Source: Lenisia limosa | Lineage: Eukaryota; Protista; Breviatea | NCBI GenBank assembly: GCA_001655205.1 | Contig: LPNZ01002881.1 | Location: 1 to 33,345 of the forward strand | Reading direction: 5' to 3' | DNA: 33,345 nucleotides | In this document: in pieces, positions 11,400 through 21,672 of the stretch | Position numbering within the stretch: position 1 is the stretch's first letter | Layout: each line of letters opens with the position of its first letter | Made by a program: the position numbers and the translations under genes | Notes under the pieces: model-generated | The model's input: the letters and a program-made list of their open reading frames with translations, nothing else | Database searches by the model: none | Told to the model about the DNA's origin: nothing

Positions 11400-12900
11400 A
11401 AGGCTCCGGGGGATTGACCCACTTCGTGTCACAAATAAAACGCAAAGAGGACTGTTATTGAATGGTCCACTTCCCCTAGAAAGTGGTAACTAACGTCATC
11501 CTCCTCCACGCTTTGGGCCAGCTCTTTTTGAGGGTCTAAGGATTAAGACCTTTGTGAAAAGAGATAAAGAAAAATGCCAAACACGCAGACACAATTAAGC
11601 AGCAGGATATATGTACTTTGTTGAGGCTGCCTCAATCACTAGCATGCACTGAACAAAGCCAAGCAAAAACAATGCGCCATTTAAAATGCAAAAAGAAACG
11701 TGTGAACAACGGGTGAAGCAAGCTAACAAGTAAAAGTTACACATGAAACTAATAAATATTTTGAATAATAACAATGTCTTAGTATCTTGAAAAGACTAAT
11801 CTGAAGACAAAAGGTCCTTATTATGATGTCTAACCTGTACGAGGCTGCCCCGCTTGACTGAAGAGGATTGTAGCTTGCTAAGGGGATAAATTATCTGAAG
11901 CACGATGTCACATAAAAAGGACCCTGATCTTTGAAATTAAAAAAACTCATCAGAAACTTTTCCCCTGCTTACATTTGGAGGTTGACACCTTTGCAGCTCC
12001 CTAGTTGGTAAAATTTTTAAAAGATTAAAAAATAGCGGCGGGGGGAGCGGGTAACAGAAAAATACCAAAAAAAAAAGACTTTCCTTTTTGCTATCATATC
12101 ACTTTTTGGGTCATTTTCACACCTGCGAAATATCATATTCCACGTAGTGATTTTATAACCATATCCCCGCGTGTATGACAATTGACCGTCAAGTCTCAAT
12201 GAACTCTCGTGCTATCTTCTTTCATAATTCCGACTCGAAGTCGGCCATATGATCATATCCCTTGTATATATGGGTCAACACTCTTTACAGAGTGGGGGGG
12301 GGGGGGCTGAAAACAATTGAANNNNNNNNNNNNNNNNNNNNNNNNNNNNNNNNNNNNNNNNNNNNNNNNNNNTTGTCTTTTCATGATGGGGCTTAGTTGG
12401 CCTGATGGGAGGTTAGCAAGCGAAGCTGATGAATCCATTCAAAATACTCCATTACTTTGATACCCATCACACTCTTCCTTAGCCTTTTTTCTTGTCTCAT
12501 TGATATCATTTTGCATCTTTTCAAGCCAACTTGCTCTAGCTTCCAAACGATCCTCTTCAGACACTAAAAATGGTGTTGAGAAGAATACCACGATAGGTCA
12601 ACCAACCTTTAACTCCAGAAGTTTGAATAACATGTGCTGATGAGTACCACAACGATGTGAGTTGAGGGAGGAACACGTACACAGTGAAGATTGCACCAAG
12701 AATAATGACCCAATGATCGACGAACGACGTCCAGCCCAGCTACAGAAATTAATGATCGATTAATGTTAATAATACTCTTAAAATAACTATAAACTACATA
12801 GAAGAGACTGGTGGGTGCATTCCCTTATTTAGAGAAATTGAAACCGACTTCAAGGGCAGCGAAGATGTCCATTTTGAGATCAGAGGGTTGTACTCCTAAC
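11400..12900 (-). CDS. Multi-exon hypothetical protein, interrupted by an N gap; weak PH-domain-like segments
   Basis: Minus-strand donor/acceptor pattern with coherent exons EYNPLISKW..., VSEEDRLEARASWLEKMQNDINETRKRLRKSVM, ASLANLPSGQLSPIMKRQ, DGQLSYTRGYGYKITTWNMIFR and IIYPLSKLQSSSVKRGSLVQ. Start, end and several junctions are unresolved. Confidence 0.45.
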
Positions 12901-13106
12901 TGCAGTTACACTCAGCGCTTCTGCTGTTTTTTTGTTTTCTTTATTCCGTTTTTCACAAAAAACTACCAACAACGCGCATGGCGATGGCGTATATACCTTG
13001 GCGATCTTGTCTTGCCACGCATTTCTTTTGCTCTTGGCCCCTTTTTCGACCCCTGGTGCCCGTTGATACCGTTGATGTAATTTGATTGCACTTTGAGGAC
13101 TTTAAT

Positions 13107-16100
13107 ATGTGTGGTGCAGCAACCCAGTTTACAAAGTATTTGTCACTTCCCTTTCTATATCTATTTGTCTTCCTTGCAGCCTCAGTCGTGAGATCTTCTT
13201 CTTACTCCTCAGCTCCTCCCGAGTTCCAAGGTTAGTCCAAAACAGTATTATTCTCCGTGTATAATCGGCAATCTTGTCCTATCCGTAACCACGTCACAGG
13301 ACTTCTGTCCAAATACTCTGCTCTTCTCCCAACAGTACCTTCCACGTTAAATGAAAACCTCATCCCAACCCCCGTTCCTCTCAGGTTCTTGGATTTGGTA
13401 AGCTGGGGGTCAAATTGGTTTCTAAAAGAACCAAAATCCTCACATCTTTTCTCATCATTTTAAAGAAATATCATAATATTCTGGAAATCCGTCCTTAACC
13501 CTTATTATTGTCTGACATTGATACATTAAATATATTCTGACTTTTGACGGTTACAGATTTCAGCCTTGAATTCCACCAGCAAAAGTGATGATGATTCATG
13601 TGACATTTCTAACATTTGGTCGAACAGAGTTGCTGTTGGGCCTTTAGTGCCAAAGGTTTGATTCGGGATTTTCTTGAAGTATCACCTGTAATTAGCCTGA
13701 CCCTGCGGAGTCCTACTGCAGAGTCCAGGCCAGTTCTGGAACACTAAATTTCAAAGTAGGTACCTGGACCATCAGTAAGATAGAAGTTTATGCATCAATA
13801 AATTTATACCTTGCTGCAAAAGGTTTAAACTTGTTACAGGTAAAAGACCTCCCGACCTCCATCCATTCTAAGCCTTCTGCTTACCCATCATGGGCTGTTT
13901 TCAACCATCAGGTTACTGGGGTATTGAACTGGGTTACTGAAACGAAGTACCGTAATGTCATAGTAGGACTTCCCATGTTATTGAGAAGACTGTAAAATAG
14001 CTGTTCATCGGAAATTTGCACCTACACCTTTTCCAGAAAGCCGTTTCACTAATTCAGATTCCTTCCTCTCATGTTGGAGATAAACTATTACTTAAGTTAC
14101 AATGGACCCGCGTTTTTGGAGGGACTGCCTCTGAATGCAATGATGAAGAAAAGGTTTGCACTTATAGTTTGCTCAGTTTCTACTAAACCGGTATAACATG
14201 TCTAGGTTGACGGAGTATGTACTGTTCCCTATATCGGAGATTGGGACCTTGCAACTCCCGCTGGCATTTTACTTTTTTGGGTAGGTTGTTTTTGTTTATT
14301 CATATTGGTTAGAAAGAGCCCCTTTAGTATATGACATGTACATGTGTCTCAAAAAGAAGTTTCAACATGCTGTTTTTTTTTTGTTCAATTTTTAGGGACG
14401 AACAGGAGGATCTAAGTTTGAGCAGATTACTGGACCTCATTCACCCAATCCAGCGCCTTTAACATACAGGTAGTGTCACTAAAATGTTACGTAAGCCAAT
14501 GTTTATCACCTCTATTTCATCTTCTGAATTTAGCTTGTCTTACTATTTAGTGCAATTGCGGAAATTGCCTACCCCATTCCAGAGAGTTTACAACATGTTT
14601 CTAAACTGTCTGTTGCCATTGTTGTCATAAACCAGGTAATATCTGTTAAAACTTGCGTATGCATACAGTACATATGATATATATATATATCTGTAATACA
14701 AACTCTGTCCTCTACCCTTTTTAGTGTCAGTGCTTTTTTTCTCCGTTATTATTCTATTACAGTCACCTGGGGGCTGTGTTGATGGCGCATGTAGCTCAGT
14801 ATCAGGCACAGGGTATTCCTTTAAATTGTTAACCTCAACGTTGATGTCAAGACGGCAGTTCCAACCACCGTATGATGGGTACTATTCTAGATCAGCTTTG
14901 ATCTACGATTTAATTTGTGGATGTGGTGCTGATCATTTAGGATTGAACCAGTTGAAGGGGTTCCGACTCTATTTGGAGGAATTCAAGAAATGGTCAATAA
15001 ACGGTACGCTATATTGTCCTCGACTGATTTTCCAGAGTAGCCTTTGCCAGCCTAAAGTGTCAAACATCACCAGCTACACAAGATTGGGGACACGCATTCA
15101 ATTGGAGGTGAGAGGTCTTCTCACTCTGACTTTACATTTTAGATTGACATTTGACCAGAAGATATACGGCGGGTATAATTGTCCTGCAGCAGCGGACCTC
15201 AATAAAGAAATACCCTCTAACATCCAAGTTAGTGAAATAGGAATACTTTGTTTTTGCTTTTGACATTTCTTTTTGCGAAAGTTTGAACGCGTTCTTTTAT
15301 TCTCGTTACCATTTTGGTAACACCACAGGATCACCCATTATTTTCTCCATACTTTGAGGCAAGCGCTTCGGAATCTTCAACAAAGTAGGATTGCTAATTT
15401 ATTGCCATTATTAACTTCTTTAAAGTAATGCAAATAAAGCATTTTATTAAATCCACGATTCAAGTTCCTTTCAAATTTCACATATTTCAGTACACTAATT
15501 GACCGTTACCTAGATTCGATTCAGCCACTTCAGCACTTTACGTCCTAGCCTTTGAACGAGCCTGTCATGGTGAGCATCTTTTCACAATACACTACATTGG
15601 TTGTTCATTTTCACCAACATACTGTTTAGCGCAAACGTACAATCGTTTTTGGGGCCCCCATTCCAACCTTTTCTAGGCCACTATGGAGTTATAACGCAGA
15701 ATGTCGTAACTGAAAGTGGACTAAGATGTAGATTCACCAGCTCTCAGGTTGGTCATGGACGTTGATTTTTTTGAGACTATTTCGCATGAATAATCTTTTA
15801 GGTGAAGCAAGTTCTTGAGAAAGTGGCAGAAGTAGAGACTGCAAGATACTCGAAATGGACATGGACTCATGGTAGGTTACGGAATTTTCCGGTTTTGCTT
15901 TTTTTGATTGGTATTATGATATGATAGGTTTCTAAACACAAGTATAATTTGGATTTTGATTGTAATACGCGTAGTATGTCTTCACTACACGATCTTACAT
16001 TCAGGCTACTCGGAGTGGGATTTAGGTACTAACCCTCCTGTTCGCTTCTGGGCCCATATGGTGAGACAGGGGAGGGGTGGAGTTCTGGTGGTGCTGACGA

Positions 16101-19100
16101 TAATTTATTCAGCCGCATTCATTACTGATAGCGCAGATTGACGTTATGGGAGACTACATATCCTCAGACCTTTTGGAGACGATATTTGCCGAAATCGACA
16201 CCAGAGCTTTGGATTTCATAAATGCCGCAGATACTAGGTTGGTGTTGGTGGTGTCTCCTTGAGTGTAGTATGTATTTGTCTTTAATGTTTACATGATTTG
16301 TTTCACATTTCTTTTTAAGTAATTTAACATTTTATTTTATTGAAAAAACTATCTCCGCATAGTGATAATTGTCCCCCCTCACGCTTCCATTGATTGATAT
16401 AGATATTGGACGGTGGCCAATGGTAACAATTGGACTCCCATTTTGGTTTGTCAACCAGGAATCACTTGTTAGACTTAATTTTGTTCATATTGATTTAAGC
16501 TGATTAATTGGGTTCTCTTGAATACAAAGTTTTGTATAATAGTTATGCTCATTTTGGGTGAATATTGACATATTCCAGTCGGCGCCTGCCATTTATTGGG
16601 CCGCAGTTTCATGGAATCGCAACCGTGTGCTTGCAACCGAATTGGCCAAAACAGTTTATGAGGTTGGGTGACTATGTGTCCTCTTCAAGAGATGAGAAGG
16701 AACATCATTTTTTGCTGGGCTTGTTTCACCCCTTGTAGGTAGCGTACTGGCATAGGGAGTTTTATGGCCGTGATGGGTCGTATCAAGAAGGCTACAGTTA
16801 CTCCACACATAGTCTGAGAAACATTCTCCATATAAACTCAGTTGCTGGTATGTGCTTTTCTCCAAATTTTCATTTCTTTTTCAAAACACTTAATTCTTCT
16901 AAATTCCTCTCTATTTGATGTATTAGTTGGCAGCTTTGGCCTACCTCTTGATGGCAACGATTGGTCAAGATTCAAATCTTATTCAGACTGGGCTTTGCTT
17001 ATGATGGGGTAGGAATTCTCGTACTGCTTGCTACGTGCTCTTCGTAATAGGCTTTTCACAAACCAGAGCTGATGGGAGAGTGACCAACTTTGCAGATAGC
17101 CATGATAACAATGGTATTTCAGAAGGAGCACTGTTGTATTTGAGAGCACCTGGTATGTAGATACTGTGATGGAGCGGTGTTTTTATTGGCTTAACAGAAC
17201 AGATGTTTACATGTGTCAGCCCTGGATGTTCAAATCTATTGGTAAGCTTAAACTAGTTTAGAATTACTTCTCTTATCGTTTTTCTCTCTCAAACTGTTTA
17301 GACGCTCACCCATCCTCAACATGTCGAGATATTCTAAGAGACGCACCCCCTCTCTTTGAACCTTGTCACACCTCTCAATACTACAGATATAACTGGTCTG
17401 GGGCCAATCTTCGATTGAAAATAAGAAGTACAAAATAGGTAGAATCTACCCTATTAGAGATATTGGATTATTGTAATATACTACAATAATCACACGTATA
17501 TTATATCATATCCTTGTACCTATTTCTTTCATTATCTTTTGATATCATTGCTGACCCTTGGTAGGTTCTCTAAGCCAATTGACTATGTTTGGGCTTTTCC
17601 CACTCTGATGGCAGGTATCAATGAAAACGCTCATCAAGAATGCCAGCAAAGTCTCAATGTTTGTTTATTTTGTTTCCAGGGTACTTTTCTTGATCATTAG
17701 GTTGCATATGATACGTAGATTGTACATCTTACGTTTTCAGGGAGACCCATCCAGCTCATTACATCGACTCAAAAGCATGTTCACCGAATACCTTACTGAT
17801 TCTGTTCTGGACACTACTATCATAAAAGAGATACAGGTTGGCACGAACAAATTTTAGACATATGATATACTATAGTTATGATAAATATACAGCATATTGT
17901 AATGTTTTCAACAAGAATATCCTGATACAGTAGGGTGCCTCGACTGCTGCCACCGCTTTTAAAGGTTTGAGCTTCTCGTCAGTTCTATCTTTCGAGGATT
18001 ATGAACAATATATGATATGTGATTTCAATTTAAAAGGATGATTCTGTTTAGACGGAGGCTATGGTCTCATTTGGATGACTCAAGATAATAGTGCACCTTT
18101 GGAGGTAAGAATATGCTTACACAGGGTATCTTCTGTTGACCCAAATAACCAACAGGGTGAAATAAGAGATCTCTATTCAACCTCCCTTCTTGGAATTAGT
18201 GCTGTTCAAAACAGTCATCCCCATACTGAACTGGACTTTGGAACAGTTTTATGGACTTCTGCAGGTACAAGGCTACTTGAAGAAGCTGGGTGAGTTCATT
18301 CTTTGCCTTCAACCTCTCACTGTCTCAGATATGCATCAATTGGCAAGGATTACTATAGTCAAGACGCTCCTGACCAAAACGCCCTTGGTCATAACACCCT
18401 TGTTGTCAGAAATGCACAATGGCCTTTAGGTGATAACACATCGGAAGCGTCTCAGATCAAGGATATGGTGGACGGGGATAGGAATTTCAATCCTCTTTCA
18501 TAACTTCTTGAGGCCATTTATCAATAGACACAACTTCTCACTTGACCAGGACGGAACTATTGAGGCGACAACGGTATCGGACTTCCCTGTTCTTCACCTG
18601 GATGGCTCTCGTGTCTATGGTAGAGATGTTGATCAGGTATTTTAGTGTAATAGTATGTGTCCATTATTACATTCCAGACGATAAGCCCTGGACTAGGTCA
18701 GCTCCAAAGCATGTTAAGGAGCGTTATGCCAATATCATCTGGCGTATTTGCCATTGTGGACTCATTTGCCTCACGGTAAGCAAAGAGTACGGCAACGAAT
18801 TCAAACATTTCTCTCACATACACCACAGATCTGACAGAGGGGCAGTATTCGTTGACAATTTTTTTCATGCTTTTGACACAACTCCAAAGGTACTGCACGT
18901 GTTGTGTTGAATTTTATATGTATTTCTGTTTGACTTTTGTAGACATCATGTACGTATTACATGAAGAACAACCTTCAAGCAGAAGTATCAGGAAGTATGG
19001 TTTTTTTTATGATGGAATATTGAACGTTGACTCTTCAAAGATTTATTCCACAGATCAAATTTTGATTTCTCCTATGTGTTCACGAATTGAGCGCGTTACT

Positions 19101-21038
19101 GATTCCCTTGTTGGTGCTTCTTCTATTACAGGTTCGGGTGATTTTAGGAGAAATGAAGTGAATGAACCCACTTTATCACTTTGAGCCAACTGTCTGTTTA
19201 GGAGCTTCTATTTCACCAGGTTCATGGAGAGATGATGGAGCGAAAGAGGTGGATACTAAAAATCACAAATTTCTCAAAAGGTTTGACTGGCTTGTTATTT
19301 TATCCTCCTCTGAACCGCCGGATTGATAGCTTCGTAATATACCTATAATATTTATACATGCTAAGCAGGAAATACACTTTTTTTTTTTCCTTTCTGGACT
19401 TGGACAGAGTCCCTCCCGCAGGGTTTCTTTCTAGGTTTGTAACCCCCCCCCCCATATTATTTTTGATCCTGGTCAATCCGTGGTTCTGGGGATAAAACTA
19501 TCTTAAGCCCTCTGCAGAGTAACCTGATACTTCATCGTTTCTTCATCTCCCTTTTTACTTTTTAGATTTGTGTACCAATCTACAACTTCTGAGGTGAGAA
19601 GAGCGTATGGTCCAAGTTAATGTGAAAAGCGTATTTTTAATTTAATGAGATCTCTCTACTCCGTATTTGTTCTCAATAGTTCAGGAAGTTGGTTCTCGCA
19701 TCTTCATCCTTGCTGCCAATAGGTAGGTTCCTACGTGTACATTGCTAATATTACTTACCTACCTTAGAACAGATGTGACTATATCCCGCGCAGACTCGTC
19801 AGGTCCTTTGACTAGAGGTGGACAGAATATCCTTGTTTGGAAGGTGGAGGTTAGCAAGGCCTGGAACTCTTCTTTGCATTTAGTGGTTTCTACTTTCTTT
19901 ATACATAGATAGGCTCTGATGCTTTTTGGCTTGAGGTGAGGCCGATAGGTGACTCCTGGCAAATATTTGCTCTTCATAAGTATGAGGGCTGATAGTATAT
20001 TATATCATATCATATAGTATCTAGAAGAGCCAGAAAAGTGGAATTTCAATATTTCTGTCACCATTGCAATCGGACTTAATTGATTGTCTTAAGGACAATG
20101 CCGGTCACCCCTTGCCATGAATCCTGCCAAACTTGCAGTGTGATAAGTGACTCATCAAAGTGCTTATCATGTCCTCTGAATTCTGCCCTTTCAAACGGCC
20201 ACTGCAATGGTTTGGTTTATCAAATTTAGAAAATCACATTGTAATATTGTGTATCAACCATGAGGGTGGGGTAGGAAATACTATATTGAATGATCACTCA
20301 TTGGGAAATGACTAATTCATTTGACCTGACATATAGCCGTAAAATGCCCCGAGAATTGCAAAGTCTGTTCCACTGCCGGGTGTAACCAATGCAATTACCC
20401 CTATTCATTGAAAGAAAACAGCTGCATATGTGAGGAGGTTTTTTTGTGAATACGAATACAATACCTTTTTGTTGGTTTACAACCTTAGTGAATTGTCATC
20501 CCGGCTGTGAGACATGCTCTGGCCAATGGAGAACGGAATGTCTCAGCTGCTCTGGGAATCTTTCCTTACAACCAGATCACTCTTGTCAGAGGATCGGTAT
20601 GCCCCCTCCCAAAATTGCTCTTATTTGCCCAGAACCCACAAATATTGCGTCGTCTTCTGAGACTCCACAGACATCCGATGAGATTTCTGAAGGCAGCTCC
20701 AGCGGTTCAACAATGCTTATCATCGCCGGAATAATGGGTTGGGTTTGGCTTGCGTTGAATATTTTGGTCATTTCACATTATTGACATTTAACGAATGATC
20801 TTTACGGTTTAGTAATCTCTGGAATTGGACTTTCTGCGGTGTTTGCTCTTCGACAGAAAGGGAAACGTAAGTCGGGATCGTCAAAATATTGAACAAAGTT
20901 GAAGATCTCTACCTTGTTTCAATTCTTTACAGTTCAGGAGGTGTTCAACTGCCAACCAATCGGGGTAGTAAGGACACTACTTTCTCAACAATAACAATGC
21001 CAAGTCCAGTGACTCAGCAGGAGCTCCACACAATATAG
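13107..21038 (+). CDS. Large type I membrane protein: signal peptide, unknown beta-rich region, heparinase II/III-like lyase module, three furin-like Cys-rich repeats, Ser/Thr stalk, TM helix, short tail
   Basis: ATG 13107 MCGAATQFTKYLSLPFLYLFVFLAASVVRS (signal-peptide-like). Many short GT-AG exons can be joined in phase. TM is MLIIAGIM|VISGIGLSAVFAL followed by RQKGK. Tail ends ...QQELHTI* (TAG 21036-21038). The intron 16238-16402 join (ADT R|YWTVANGNNW) is inferred. Confidence 0.8.
15480..18900 (+). other. Heparinase II/III / oligo-alginate-lyase-like domain (alpha/alpha toroid plus beta-sandwich)
   Basis: Ordered motifs: RFWAHMIDVMGDYISSDLLETIFAEIDTRAL (16040-16210); GNNW (16422-16433); DGSYQEGYSY (16772-16801); GADGRVTNFADS (to 17100); NSHPHTELDFGTVLWTSAGTRLLEEAG (from 18210); GHNTLVV (18387-18407). 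These correspond to the NNW, DGxxxEGxxY, NFxDS, HxHxDxG and HNT motifs of Hepar_II_III-containing lyases. Confidence 0.75.
20095..20590 (+). repeat. Three furin-like (CxxC) cysteine-rich repeats, one per exon
   Basis: PCHESCQTCSVISDSSKCLSCPLNSALSNGHCN; KCPENCKVCSTAGCNQCNYPYSLKENSCI; NCHPGCETCSGQWRTECLSCSGNLSLQPDHSCQ. Confidence 0.9.
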
Positions 21039-21672
21039 TGCTAACTTGGTTCTGGTTTAATATGTAGATGTTCATGATCAAATATTAAGTTGTGACTGGG
21101 CTGTGAAAGATATTGAGAGCTTAAAAGCTCAGTGTAAGCGTGTAGCCGATGGGTTCGTAAATCAGAAGGTTGCAAGCAAGTGATTTGATGAATTGATGAA
21201 TGAAATGATTATGAATTGTGAAATGGGGCAGGGGGGGGGGGNNNNNNNNNNNNNNNNNNNNNNNNNNNNNNNNNNNNNNNNNNNNNNNNNNNNNNNNNNN
21301 NNNNNNNNNNNNNNNNNNNNNNNNTTGACCCTTTTCCCTCTTCTTGTAGTTATGAGAAACATTGATGAAACAATTGAAACATTAGTCGAATAAAAATAAC
21401 AAAGTAGTCCAAAAAGAAGGTATCGCCAGGAGAATGCCAATCTGTCCACCATCCATAAGAGATAGTTAATTCATCAAGACGTATACGCTGATACAGAGTG
21501 GGTAGTGGTCATGGCGAGCTGATGGAAAGTGTGGATAATGATTTAAAAATTATTTATGAGCTTTCACATTTGATGTATCGTATCTCCTAACATATCATAT
21601 CTTATTCTATTATTTTTTTGAAAAATCATAATTCTGACCCATTAACTCCCTGCTCTCTCACACACTTAGAAC

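Noticed and set aside
14080-14280. KLLLKLQW...C...GDWD reminiscent of peptide-N-glycosidase F
   Set aside because: Similarity is too short and the catalytic context is unconvincing. Left as unknown domain.
21162-21520. Possible small minus-strand gene (MTTTHSVSA|LAFSWRYLLFG...)
   Set aside because: It runs into an N gap, has no recognisable homology and rests on one speculative intron.
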